Shown here piece after piece: positions 39,360 to 52,357 of a DNA stretch of 64,000 nt. A program made the position numbers and the translations under genes. The notes under the pieces were generated by a model that had not been told where the DNA came from, did not search any database, and worked only from the letters and a program-made list of their open reading frames with translations. Each line of letters opens with the position of its first letter. Position 1 is the first letter of the stretch. Origin of the DNA: Euglena gracilis (Eukaryota); NCBI GenBank assembly GCA_039621445.1, contig CP154954.1, positions 15,518,140-15,582,139 of the forward strand, in the 5' to 3' direction.

Positions 39360-41266
39360 CAGCTCCCCTGAGCCGCCTTCACGTGGCGTTGGCCGAGCGC
39401 CTCCCCGAGCTGCTCAGCCGCCGTTACACCCTCGTGCTGGCGGATCCCTCACCCGGGCCTGCCCCCCCCCCCAGCCCATCGGCTCCCTGCCTCCATCGTC
39501 CATGCCCGCTCCCCGCCTCACGCCAGCCCACCCTCCCCACCCTCCGCTGGTGGGAGATCTCCGAAATTGCAGCCCCCCGCCCCCCTCCAGGCCTCGCACC
39601 TACCTCGCCGCATGGCGAAACCCGTCGGCTGTGGCTGCGCCCCCGCCTCGACGAGCTCCTTCGCGATGAGATGTGGCCTGCCCGGCCGCCTCCGGCTGCT
39701 CAGCAGTCGCCGTCCTGGCCCTCTCCGACTCCACCACCGGATAGCCCTTCACCGCCTCCCCTGGAACACTGGTCAAGGACCGTGTGTCGGTTGTGGCCCG
39801 CGTGCTGAGCAACTTGCTGGCCGAGTCTGCCCCGTGCCCCCAAGGCCTCGCTCGACGCGGACCGGTGGAGACGCCACACCCAGGCCCGCGAGGCCCCCCA
39901 CCCCCGCAGCCGCCCTCAACCACCGGATGACCTCTGCACCTCCACCTTCGTCTCGTGGATCCGCGATCACCGCTCCCTCACCCCCATCCGTACCCCCGGA
40001 CCGGTGCGAGTGCAGCATGGCCCTGTTGCTGCTGTGGGAGATCGACCACGACCGCACCCTTCCCCTCCACCGGCGCCATCCTGTCGGGCTTCACCCGCCG
40101 CCTCCAGACCCGCGTGCGGCAGACCCCCGACCTGGACTTCTTCCACAAGGAGTTCTTCCACAAGGACGTCTACCTCCCCCTCGCCCGGGGACTCCCGTGC
40201 TCCCACCACGTTCGCTGGTCGGTGCAGGTGGTGGAGCACACAGTCGGAGCGGGCGCCGCATGGTACGCGCCGGAGCACCACGTACATAAACGGTGCACGC
40301 CGGTTATATCCGCACACTGCCTCACGAACTGTATAAATCAAAAAAATTCTTTCTCAGGATCCCCTTCATAAGTATGGCACTGGGAGGGGGGTATATCTGT
40401 CCTGGGGGGGTGTTGTGGGGCGACCCTAGGACCGGCCCACGGTCGCCAATGGTCGCTAAAGGTCGCCGTGGTCGCCAAAGGTCGATGTCAAAAACTGTGC
40501 TCCAGGGCAAATTTTCGCAACTTACACACAAAACGAGTTACACACACAAGGGTTTTTGTTATTTTAGGGCCGCCGAACAGTTGCCTACGGCGCTACAATG
40601 CAAAAAAGACTGAGTAGGAAATACCCATAGCGACCTTTGGTGTCCGTGGGCCGACCCTAGGGTCGGCCCACAACCCCCCCCCCCCCCAGGTCAGATCCGG
40701 GTGCCGCAGTAGGAAGTTGCCGACTGGTCGGTGGGAATCGTCCTGCTCAACTGGAATGGGAACATTTTTTTTCTCCAATCCACCACAATGTGCGATTCGT
40801 GGAACATTGGCAGCTGTACCTCCGCAGCTTGCTGGCCCCCGCCCTCCCACCGGTGACCCCGGAAGCCCCGATGTCCTTGCTCATCCCGGCGCCATCGTCA
40901 TCGCCCCCTCCATACCTAGCGTCCGGGACCGTGACAGTGCCGGCCGTCTCAGCGAATGCCCCCGCACCGGCAGATGCAGACCCTGCCAGCCTGCACGACC
41001 CATCCGCGCGGCAGCATCGTGCAGCCCCAAAACGTCGTGCGGTCTCCTCCGAACGCCGGCCTCCAACCCCGGCTCTCTCCGGCCATCGACCGCCTATCTC
41101 TCACAGCCCCCTAGCCGCGGATGTCAACTCCTCAGCACGTCGCCCCGCCCCGCTGCCGGCCAACCCACCCCCTTGGAAGAAGCATGCCACCTTGGCCGAC
41201 TGGATGCAGCACGCTCGTCCCCGGCCGCCTCCCCATGGGCGTGCCACGGAGGGCCCGACTACCTAG
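39360..41266 (+). mobile_element. Probable C-terminal part of LINE ORF2, interrupted by a MITE
   Basis: Frameshifted GC-rich coding-like segments ending ...PPPHGRATEGPTT*; lies directly beyond the right TIR in the same orientation as the LINE part at 31125-31655. Confidence 0.4.
40378..40710. mobile_element. MITE (GACCCTAGGGTC family)
   Basis: Inverted ends; a related copy lies in the opposite orientation at ~46800-47598. Confidence 0.8.
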
Positions 41267-41541
41267 CCCGGTGTGTAGGGGCGCGGGAATCGCCTCGTGG
41301 GTTCGCGCCTGGGCCGTTGAGCCCACTCAGCGCCCGGTGATGGACAGCTCCATCGCCAACCGAGCCCCCTCCCCGCTCTGTGGACCCGAGACCAAGTGCA
41401 ATGGAAAGGTTCCAGCCCAGGAGTGCAACCAGTCCACAGGGTGGGAGGAGTTCCGAAGGAATAAGCGTCTTTCTTGACTGCTTCGGGGGAATGGGCCAGG
41501 ATGGTCGAACTCTGATGTCCACCCTCCTCAATATCAAGTAC

Positions 41542-41619
41542 TGCGTCTTAAACGAAGACTCTGACCTGATTATGCGTTTCGAAACAGAGACTCATGTCAG
41601 AGTCTGCGTTTAAGACGCA
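41542..41619. repeat. 78-bp hairpin / mini-MITE
   Basis: TGCGTCTTAAACG.AGACTCTGAC ... GTCAGAGTCT.CGTTTAAGACGCA. Confidence 0.85.
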
Positions 41620-41623
41620 TTTA

Positions 41624-42983
41624 CAGGGCTGGGCCTAAATCTCGTGGGCATTGATTTCGGTTGGACGAAAAACCTCGAGGGAATTATATCCGGTCAAATT
41701 CCTAGACTGTCAGGTGGTCCACGGAGTTAATTCCCTCGAGTATTACTTACCTGAAATAGCGAAAGCATACGTGTCCTTTTATCCCCCCCACAGTTGCAAA
41801 CATGGTCAGAAACCGATGGAGAAAATTTTGATACCCAACTGATAAGAAGGCGAAGCCTGAAGCGGTGCAAGCATTGGTCATAGCTGCTGAAGAAGTTCAT
41901 CACAGATAGGTTTACGTCCCTTACCAAAAATTATTTTTTTCCTCACACTCAAGGGCTCCCAAGACTGTAGGCAGAAAAACTTATGGGAAGAAGTAGCAAT
42001 GGTCAATTTTAAAGATAACTAACTTCACAGTTGAAGGTATGTACCTGTCGCTTGTTCTGCTGAACTGCTCATTTCAGTGAAAGTCGGCTGTGTTGATCTT
42101 TTCCACTGTTAGCCTGGCAAAATTAACTTTATGAGCGGTTGTTACAGCAATGACACGGCATTCCAGCTCCTTCTGCGCAAGGTCGATGGCTTCCAAAAGC
42201 CTTTGGGCCAGCCATTCCGCAGTATGTGGTTGACCAGTGGTGTCCTCGGCAGACAATAGGTAGCATGACCCCTCAACTTGAATGCTTGTAACCAAAGTTG
42301 GGTCATTTGCAGGGCTCGTCCATCCATCCATCTGCAGGGTTGCAAACTTCCCTTTCAGCCGGGAGTTCAAAACATTGAATTGTTTGATAAAAATGCGGTC
42401 CAGCAGCTCATTACTCAAGGAACGGCGTTCTGCCAACCTATAACCCGGCCTACACATCTCCATCAAACGGCGGAATTCTGGGTGGTTCACACAGCTGAAA
42501 GGCAAGTTGGCAGCCACCACGAACCGGCACAACTGTTCGTCCAAGGCCTGCTTCGTCTCCTTGTCGGTCACGACCGGCTGCAACAACGCCTGCTTCGGCC
42601 GTTTCCTTGGCTCTGCAATCTCCAGCACGGCATCTTCCACAGAAGACGAAGACGACGATACTTCTTCTGTAAGTCCAGCACGTATCAGTCCCCTGCACCG
42701 TTGTGCATGGTTCCACATCCGCTGGACCAGGGGGACCATCTCTGCGTCGCACCCCCTACAAGTAGCACGAGTGCGCCCATCACACAGTTGATGTCACGAA
42801 GTAATGCCAAACACCATGTGTCGGTCTTCCACCAGGCATTGTGCTGAAAAAGGATAAACATAAGACACAGGAGTTAGGAATCGGCCTGCCTTTCGCGACC
42901 TGAATGGTTGGAAACTGTTTAAATCTGGTTTAATACAGTTTTTTTGTATTTATCTCCTCCGAGGTGTTTAAATTCCAACCCTG
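41624..42983 (-). mobile_element. Internally deleted hAT transposon with BED finger and transposase N-terminal half
   Basis: ATG at 42839: MPGGRPTHGVWHYF, then a frameshift, ATCRGC...RMWNHAQRC; LPFSCVNHPEF; LQMDGWT; HTAEWLA; VIAVTT. Ends are CAGGGCTGG / CAGGGTTGG. Confidence 0.9.
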
Positions 42984-43064
42984 CAGTATATAGTACAGTA
43001 TATAGTACAGTATACAGTACAGTATATAGTACGGTACATAGTACAGTATATAGTACAGTATACA

Positions 43065-43752
43065 CAGTCCCTGGGCGTAAATCCCCCCCCCCCCCTAGGG
43101 AGGGTTTTTTGGGCTCTTGACCAGGGGGGGGGGAATTTTCGGCTGTTTCGGGCACTTTGTCCCGTCCCTTCTATTCTTTGAAGCCATGAAGCCGACTGGG
43201 ATTGGGAATTCATTTGCCGTATGTTGTGGGGTTGTTATGGTAACGTGACCCCCCCCCCCTATATGGCACCCCCCTGGGAGCGTTTTGACCCCCCTGGCGA
43301 CTATTAGGGGGGGGGTGACAATTAGGGGGGGTTACTCAATTCACCCCACATTTCCATGGGTCCATGGGTAACCCCCCCCCCCTAATTGTCGCCCCCCAAG
43401 GGGGGGGCGACTATTAGGGGGGGGGTGACAAATAGGGGGAGGTCACGTTATATTCCCGAACACCTCTGTTCAGGGCGGTGGGTCTTATTGATAGATACAT
43501 ACCGGGGATGGTTCAATGGACAAAAATCCCAAAAGATGCCAAGTCCTCGACCCAGGGGCCGTGCAAGTGGCGAAGCTGTGCTGCCCTTGCATGTGCAAAA
43601 AAAAGTCCCAACCCACCTGCCTTAGCTTTTCCTCTGGGGCTGAAGGGGGGGGGGGGTTTCGCCTGTTTCGGAGCCTTTTGCAAAACAAGGAAAATTCCCA
43701 AATTTCAGGGGGGGAAATTTTCGGGGGGGGGACAATTTACGCAGAGGGACTG
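43065..43752. mobile_element. MITE with a nested MITE at 43243-43448
   Basis: TIR CAGTCCCT..GCGTAAAT; nested element TA-ACGTGACC...GGTCACGT-TA. Confidence 0.85.
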
Positions 43753-43807
43753 CAGTACAGTATATAGTACAGTATATAGTATAGTATATAGTATAGTATA
43801 TAGTATA

Positions 43808-45299
43808 CCGGGGACCGATAATTACCGCGGGTGGGTAATTGCTGCGACGACAATTACCGCGGGGTTTTATAACGCTCCACCCCCGGGGCCCGCGGGGACA
43901 AACAACGCGCCCCTTCTGCGCTGCCCGTAAAGCGGATGTCCGCATCCCGCTGATGGCCGAGCTCATATCCCATGGACTGCCCAGCCGGTCCCGAAGCCCC
44001 GCGGCGGGTTGTTGCTTTAACGGAAACACCATCCCCGTTTCCCCCCCCAAAAAATTTCGCCTGCTAGGTGCCGGCTTCGGCGTAATGGTTCAGTACCACC
44101 ACCGGGGGGGGGGGGGGGGGGCTGGACTGCAGCTAGCAATTTTCAGCTAGTGTGATTTCTTTCCCGCCCACCCCTGTGGCGCACAGCCGGAGGAAAAATT
44201 TTTTCCAGTGCGGGACCCCCCAGACCCACCCCGGTGACCCACCCCGGGGGGGAGGGGCGGCCCAGCTCATTCCATTTTTTCGAGTGTCTAGCGCACTGGC
44301 TAGCCAGTGCCCCTCGGCGGTCCTTAACGGTACAACTAGAATATTTTTAAAAAAAATCTGGCGGTGTGCTTTTTTTTGGTGTACAGTTCGTTTCCAAGAA
44401 AAAACATTGCAGGGGCTCAACCGACTAAAAAGACAAACTTTTCTTGAAAAGACAGAGTGCCCCCCAAAAAAGTTTTTCAGAAAAAGTTTCATTTTGGGAA
44501 AAGAATCCATTCTGAGTTGAATAGAGATGTGCGAACTGAGTCAGATGTTGCACGAATGATGTCACAGAAATATCCAGAAGAAAACATTCACAGGATTTGT
44601 TGGAATAGTGTCTTGAAAAACTTGTGAACACATGCCACAGACAAATGAAACGATGCAAAATGAAGCCACAGATGCGTGGAGGCATGTCACATCAAGTGAC
44701 CAAGTGGTCCCAAACCTAAGAAAAAAAGATTACCATTACATTGCAACAAAATAGACAAACAAAAAACCTTCAAGTTTCTAGGCACAGCAACAGGAATCAG
44801 AAGACACACACAACAACAAAAACAACAACAACATGGAGCAGTTTAGCAGGGACATGCTCAGGTCCTGATTAGCATCTTCCAATAAAGTTCATTCCACCTC
44901 AAGCTAAGTCAGGTTGGGGAAATTCTTGAAAACAGTCTGTTCCTCAGCTTGGCGTTGGCCTTGAATTGTAACTTGAATTTGAAACTTGATCTTGATAACA
45001 TAAACTTCAGAAACACATCCTTGTAACTTGAACCCCTCCGAGTTTCACTCCTCAGACATGTGCTGTGAAAAACGCTTCTTTACCAGGGCACGTTGCCTGC
45101 CTGCGGCAGTTGGAGCATTCCTAAAGAAAAATAAGGAATGGGGATTGTTACCGCGATTTGGGTAACATCGCGGGGTTTATTAACGCGGGGTTTATTAGCG
45201 CGCTTCGGCCGTGGAGCGCGCGGTAATACAGCGCGCCTAAAATGGCCGCGTTTAAGCCCGAGCAGGAATTACCCACCCGCGGTAGTTGTCGGTCCCCGG
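43808..45299. mobile_element. TA-flanked TIR element
   Basis: TIR CCGGGGACCGA(T/C)AA(T/C)TACCGCGGGTGGGTAATT. Confidence 0.9.
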
Positions 45300-45362
45300 T
45301 AGTATATAGTATAGTATATGGTATAGTATATAGTATATGGTAACAGTATATAGTCTAGTATA

Positions 45363-46547
45363 CAGGCGGGCGTTTAAAAGCGACAGGCACTTAATACGTC
45401 GGCATTAAAAGCGACAGGCATTAAATCCGTTTTCGTCTCGGAAATCGGGGGTTTAAATCCGCCTCGGCCGGGCGAAAAAAAACTTTCTTCTCTCAGATTC
45501 AGTAAAAAAAACTTTGATCTCCTGTGAGTATTTCCAGAAAATTTTTTGGAGCTTCTGCGTTTGCCAAACCGACTGGTACAACAAAAAATGTTTCACCACC
45601 CCAAAAAAAATAAAACCCGTTTTTGGACTCTCCCCTTCCCAACCCCGGGGGAGACCCCTGGCCGAAAAAACAAAGATGGACCCCACTTTTTACCCCGCAT
45701 AAAAAAAAACCTGACCCATCTGTTGTTCAAGCTGGGACACAACACTGAACCCAAGATGGGCATCCCCAAAATGGGTCCACCCAGGATACCAGAAAACTGA
45801 CCCAAAATGTTTCCTGCAGCCAAATTATGGCATCGAAATGTTGGCCCCACCTGCGGCACCAAACTTCCCCCAAGATGAGCACCAGACTAGCCCCAAAATG
45901 TGGCCCACCTCTGTGGCAAAGATCTGGCATCAAACTGCAAATGTTTCCCCCTTCTGTGGTCAATGTGGACCCAAAATTTTGGCACCAGGGCAGGGGGTGA
46001 ATATTGCATTTGCCTGGGTTGACAAAAAAATTGTTTAAAGGAGCTTTTTTTCAGGGCAAGGCAAAACAGCTGAAACATGAAAGGAGTCGACTTACTTCTG
46101 AAGCACAGCATGATGAATATCTTCAGCAGCACCTGAAAACTTCACTCACTTCTCTCTTGACTCAGCTGACTTTCAATCAAACAACTTGGCAGACCTTGAA
46201 ACACTTGACTTGTTGTATTTGCACTTCTTCTGAAATTTGGAGGGAAAATGCACAGGAGAGGATCAAATTCATACTTGTTCTATGCCACTGTCTCAGCATG
46301 TTCCACAGTTGACCCCAGGTGTTCCTCGCGGTATTTCTCTGAAAGGAGAAACAGTCAACTAGGGCAGACACATTGGCACCAACAAGGGAAATTAGGAGCT
46401 TGTTCATTGCGCAATTCCGAAGTGGTTAAATGTCGCGGGGATTAAATCCGCCGAGGGTCCAACCTCGTGGGATTAAATCCGATTTAATGCCTAGCGATTT
46501 AAATGTCAAAACAAATTTACTGCCCTACGCGTTTAAACGGCTGCCTG
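45363..46547. mobile_element. TA-flanked TIR element
   Basis: TIR CAGGC(G/A)G(G/C)CGTTTAAA; subterminal (G/C)ATTAAAT repeats; internal minus-strand GT-AG introns. Confidence 0.85.
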
Positions 46548-46682
46548 TATAGTATAGTAGAGTATAGTACATATTATATATATTATATAGTACAGTATAT
46601 AGTATAGTATAGTATAGTATAGTATAGTATAGTATAGTATAGTATATAGTATAGTATAGTATATAGTATAGTGTAGTGTATA

Positions 46683-47808
46683 GGGGGTGTATGAGTCGCG
46701 GGAGGGGGTCGCGGGGGGGTCGCGGGGGGGGGTCGCGGGGGGAACGTGGAAGTTTTGACGGGTCACGCGTGACAAGTGTGACCTTTCATACAACGTCGCA
46801 TGGGGCTCCCGGATCTGGCCGGGGGGGGGGGGGTTGTGGGCAGACCCTAGGGTCTGCCCACGGTCGCCAAAGGTCGCCAAAGGTCGCTATGGGTATTTCC
46901 TACTCAGTCTTTTTTGCATTGTAGCGGCGTAGGCAACTGTTCCAGGGCCCTAAAAAAAAAAATCCCTTGTGTGTGCAACACCTTTTGTGTGTATGTTGCG
47001 CTAATTTGCCGTGGAGCGCATTTTTTGACATCGACCTGCCCACGACCTTTGGCGACCATGGCGACCTTTGGCGACCCTAGGGAGGCTAGGCACAGCGGGG
47101 GGGGGGGGGCGGGGGGGCGAGCGGGGGGGGGGCGGGGCGGGGGGGGGGGGAGGGGGTGGAGAGGGTTCCGAGGGCCGCCGAGCAGGCGGAACGCATCCTA
47201 AAATCGGGGATTTTTGGGTCCAAAAAGTGGTCATTTTTGGCCATTTTTGGGCCATTTTTGACCAAAAAAGTGCTTTTTTGGCCTCGCGCAGAGCGCGCGG
47301 CCCCCAAATTTGCCATTTTGTGTCCGAAAATGGTCATTTTTGGTCATTTTTGGGCCTCAAAAAAGTCGCGATTTTTCACCAAATTTTTTTTTCTTGGCTA
47401 TGCTAGGCACAGGGGGGGAGGGGGGGGGCCCAGGGGGGGGGGGGGGCGAGCGGCCCGCGCGGGCGGCCGCGCAGGGGCCGCGCGGGGGGGGGGGGGGGAG
47501 GGAGGGGGGGGTCCCGGACCCCCCCGAGCGGCGCGCCTAGCCTCCTAGGGTCTGCCCACAACCCCCCCCCCCCCAGGCCAAATCTACCCCCCGTCGCATG
47601 GGACCTATTTTTAGAACTTTTGGGTCCAAAAATAGCTCCAATTAGGAATTTGTCACACATTTTTGGCAATTTTGATTCCTAATTTGAGAACAAATTAGGA
47701 ATTAGGGGCGATTTTTTGGCTCCTACTAGGATGTGGAAACCCTCCATGTGTGGGTCGCGGGGGGGTCGCGGGGGGGTCGCGGGGGGGGGTCGCGGGGGAT
47801 ACACCCCC
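46683..47808. mobile_element. Three-level nested MITEs
   Basis: Outer TIR GGGGGTGTAT; middle element ~46800-47598; inner element 47081-47545 with TIR GGAGGCTAGG inserted into CCCTAGGG. Confidence 0.8.
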
Positions 47809-47966
47809 ATAGTATAGTATAGTATATAGTATAGTATAGTATATAGTATAGTATAGTATAGTATGGTATGGTATGGTATAGTATAGTATAGTATAGTATA
47901 GTATAGTATCGTATAGTATAGTATGGTATAGTATAGCATAGCATAGTACAGTATAGTATAGTACAG

Positions 47967-48903
47967 TAACGTGACCCCCCCCCCTATTTGTCCCCCCCCC
48001 AATTGGCCAGAGCCCAGGTGGCCAATTAGGGGGGGGGGTTACTCATTGCAAGGGGAAATGCCTCTATTCGGGTGTTTACGGGGGTTCGCGGCTTTGAAGG
48101 ACGGGGTCCAGGTGGCCAATTAGGGGGGGGGTTAGGGATAACCCCCCCTAATTGTCCCCCCCCCCTAATTGGCCAGAAGGGGGGTCCGGGCCGCCCGGAG
48201 GGCGGCCAAATAGGGGGGGGGGGGTGTTGGTATACAGTACAGCATAGTATAGTATAGTATAGTATAGTATAGTATAGTATAGTATAGTATAGTATAGTAT
48301 AGTATAGTATAGTATAGTATAGTATAGTATAGGATACCATGCCCCCCCCCCATATTGTACCCCCCCCATAATGTACCCCCCCCTCCGCCCCCCCGAAAAA
48401 TTTTGACCAAAAACTGGCCGCCGAAGGCGGCCGGAAGATTTTTTCGGGTCGGTGAAAATTTGGCGGATGTTATATTTCCGGCCGCCATCGGCGGACACAA
48501 GAAAATGGGCTAAAAAATCTCTGTACCCCCCCACTCTGAGGGACCCCCCCATAATGTACCCCCCCCATAATGTACCCCCCCCTCGAAAATGGCTCCTAGG
48601 GGGGGGTACAATATGGGGGGGGCATGGTAGTATAGTATAGTATAGTATAGTATTGTATAGTGTAGTATAGTGTAATATAGTATAGTGTAGTGTAGTGTAG
48701 TGTAGTGTAGTATAGTATCGTATAGTATAGTATACCCCCCCCCCCTTATTGTCCCCACCCCTTATTGTCCCTGGGCCCCGGCCGACGGGGGATTTTTTGG
48801 CCCGGCCAATGAAAATTCCTTTGGTACCCCCTTATTGTCCCCCCCCCCTTATTGTCCGGTCGGGCCTCCCGGGGAGAGGTCGGTGGGACAATAAGGGGGG
48901 GGG
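47967..48903. mobile_element. Three small MITEs (47967-48232, 48337-48627, 48735-48903) separated by (TATAG)n
   Basis: Each has inverted ends: CCCCCCTATTTG, CCATGCCCCCC..CATATTGTAC and CCCCCCTTATTGTCCC respectively. Confidence 0.85.
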
Positions 48904-49126
48904 TAGTATAGTATGGTATAGTGTTGTATAGTATAGTATCGTATAGTATAGTATAGTATAGTATAGTATAGTATAGTATAGTATAGTATAGTATAGTATA
49001 GTATAGTATAGTATAGTATAGTATAGTATAGTATAGTATAGTATAGTATAGCATGTAGTATAGTACAGTATAGTATAGTATAGTATAGTATAGCATGTAG
49101 TATAGTATATATTATAGTATACAGTA

Positions 49127-52100
49127 CAGGGGGTAGTTTAAACGCGCCGGGTACTTAATACGTAGGGATTAAAGGCGCTCGGATTAAATTCGGTTTCGGA
49201 ACCAAACCTCGGCGGATTAAATTCGGTCCGGGCCAAGGAAGACTGGTAAATGTCAAGGGGGCGACGTTTTTTTGCAACTCTTTTCAGTCAAACGAACAGG
49301 CTGCACTTGATACTCGCTGCCAGGGGGAAACAGTTTGCACCTCCAAAACATCAAAAAAATTTGGAATCCCCAGAAAAAACGAAAAAGTGCAAAAAAGATT
49401 CAGTTCAATTGATGATTTACCCACAGTGCGCCCAAGGCCTTTTCAAAAAACAAGCCAGCCTGGACAAAGCCCGCCCGAAAGAACATTTTGCCAAACACCA
49501 TTGAAAAGAAGGTTCACAGGAAATTAAAACACAAATTTGCGCAAAAACACAACCCACTGAAACTGAAACAAACAGCGCTATATCAGGGTTGGGCGGCAAA
49601 TTTGCGGGGTAATTTTGCAGCGCAAATTTGCCGTAATTTTCCCCTTACCCCGTAAAATTTTTTTCCATCGCTTACGGTATACGGCCAGACACGAGAAAGG
49701 CTCTCAGCATCCCGAAGAAAGGATCTTTTTTTAGAAAAGGGTGCTAAAAACATGAATACCAGGGTTTTCGTCCGCCAGTGGGCGTTTGCACTTTTGTGCT
49801 TGTGGTGGACCCCCGCGGCCGCTGGCGGACAGGACCGAGTGACAAAAAGGGGGTCGCTTGCGAGTTTTCATGACGAATCATCTTTACACCTGCGATCAGG
49901 TGTTGGCCCCATTTTTCCAACCTGGCGCATTCAAAATCTCCCAAACCCCCTGGCTGAAGGAAAAACGGGCAGTTTCCGTGTGTCGTTCCCCCCCCCCCCC
50001 CCGGAAAAATAAAATCACCCTTGCCGGTTAAAAAATTGCCGTTTAAGCTAAAACTTTGCAATTTTCAGTTTTTTGGTCTTGAAAAAATTACACTGCCCAC
50101 AAAAAATTGGACAACACCGAGATCACCACCACCTCCTGGTTGCAATGTGGAAAGACAGTGTGCTGAAAAACAAATGCATGCTGAAAAACAAATGCAAACA
50201 GTGAAAACAGTGAAACAGAAGGAAATGTGACCAATTAATCGAAGGAGACACCAGAACGGATAACATCAGATGCTGTCGTCCAAAAACTTGAGTTCGCCTT
50301 CACCTTCACGAACAGCTCCTGTGGTGGGAGGGTAGGGTTTGTACGGTACAACATAAGGACAGATGAGGGCATTTCCCCAACAAAATGTCGACACTCGCTG
50401 GGGGGGGGTGGCCCTGGATCTCCTTACTTCACAGACATCGGTGAGTGAAATGACAAAAAAATTCTGTGGAGGGGAGCAAAAACACCTTTGTTCGGCTGTC
50501 AGCTGCTCACGGCCATGTGCATCATGCCCACCTGAACAGGCGCTCCAGCGTGATGTTGCTCAAACTTGCATCAGCGTCTCCAGCATTAGTGCACCTGAGC
50601 CCAACGTGCATCACCCGGATGGCTGAGGAGAATGGCTCCTGCCACAAGCCTCATCTGCAGTATGTACGGCATTCTGTGATTGGCCTCGGTACATCCAAAA
50701 TCCAAGTTCGTGTGCTTCTGAAAATGAGCCGCATTCGGGTGGTACTGGCACTGAAACCAGAACACTGCTCGAAGAAAGTAAACCAGATGAGCAGCACTCT
50801 GTGCATGACACCAGTCGCAGAAGCGACACTTTGCCACCTTCCAAACAGCGTCCCGAGTGACAGGCCTGGAAGAAGAAGTTCAGAATAGGGGGGAAAATAA
50901 GATTTTGTCCGAACCTGAAATGCCGCTCCAGTTCCGCCACATGACTGTTGAAGGCCGGCGTCCTCCACTATTGCACAAAGGGATCCCAACATTATGACCA
51001 AGAGCCAGGGGATGAACCAGACTTGTCAGCCATGTCCTCCATATGGGCAGCCTGAAAACAGAACAAATAGGAAACACCTTCCCTTCGCGCTTTGGTTTTT
51101 TGCGAAAATTCCGTTTTTTTGCGAATTTTCCTTTTTTTCGCAAAAAACGAGAAAAAATTGTCTGCGGAGTCCAAGTTGCCCATCCCTGCGCTATATTACA
51201 AAAAACTGCAACCGTTGAAAACGACTTTACTTTCACCCTGGGCCCCCCGGGGTCTTTAAAAACCAGACTGGAAGGAGGTCCCTCAAATTTGGAAAAAAAA
51301 GAAAAAATTCCGGATAAGTAAACATTTTTTCCAAAATCACCCAATGTGTCTGGTACAAAAATTTTGTCCATTGAACTGAAAACAGAAATGCTCGTGCAAA
51401 TAAACTGCAGTTCGATCAGTAGTTTAAATCTCAACTTCGGTCCACAACTCCCTGACGAATAACCTGGTGATGCCAGGACCATCACTTCCAGGGTTTGACA
51501 GCGTCCACGGCTGTAGACATATTCGGGGGGGGGGACTCAAAGCAGGAACTCATGTCGGGGGGGGGGGCAGATCGGGACTTTCTGGAGGGCAGAACTGGGG
51601 TAAAAACGGGACTTGGTTCGGGGGGGGGGGTGAACGGGACTATCCGGGAGGACAAACAAAAACACCTGTGGGAATTTGCTTGGCAAATACTGAGTCCTGA
51701 TTGTTCCCCACGGAAGGCCCAAGTCAATCTTCGTCTGGATGATGAACTTGCAGGTAATGTGGCACTCCAGCACGGGGGCATAACCGTTGACAATCTGATC
51801 GTGTACTTCAGAATGATGAACTGAAGAAACATGAATGTGAAAAGGAACAAAACAGCCGACAGACAAGAAACAAGCCAGACAGAGAAACATTGAAGAGAGG
51901 CTTACCTGGGTAGTGAAGTCAGCAGCCTCCTTGGTGTCGAGGCCACATAACCACGGTGAATATCCTTGACAGACACGTTCTTCACGTTGAAACCAAGGTT
52001 GTCGTCAGGGACAGCTTCCCTCAGAGCCTCGTGGTCTCCATAGACTTGACTTCAGTGGTCAAGTTGTTGGGTGCAAAAGTGACCACATCACATCAGTTCC

Positions 52101-52357
52101 AATACCTAAAAGTTCAAAAAGGGTGTCGTGCATCAGACTTTTAAAAAGAACCTTTTAAACCGCTTTTAAACACTCCCCTTTATGGTACCTTGCTCCAAGC
52201 TGTCTCTTGCAAATTAGGAGTTACCTCGATAGCGGTTTCACTCGCTGGATTAAATCTGGTCTGAAACCCGAACCTCGCTGGATTAAAACGGATTTAATCC
52301 AGACCGAGTTAAATGTCAAACCGAATTAAGTGTCCTACAATTTAAAGCTACCCCCTG
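49127..52357. mobile_element. 3.2 kb hAT-like non-autonomous element with a captured gene fragment
   Basis: TIR CAGGGGGTAG(C)TTTAAA; GGATTAAA subterminal repeats; minus-strand remnants AKCRFCDW...AHL and HPGDARW. Confidence 0.85.
51720..52105 (-). pseudogene. EEF1A: Elongation factor 1-alpha fragment (two exons and an intron)
   Basis: [54 protein letters not shown] / FIIL..QIVNGYAPVLECHITCKFIIQTKID; GTAAG...TTCAG intron at 51905-51821; contains indels. Confidence 0.92.

Noticed and set aside
41380-41540. Second RLE retroelement from DCFGGMG
   Set aside because: Only one short motif is present, which is insufficient to annotate.
46794-47602. CGTCGCATGGG direct repeat as a Mutator-type TSD
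   Set aside because: It overlaps what look like the element's own termini when compared with the 40378-40710 copy, so it is ambiguous.
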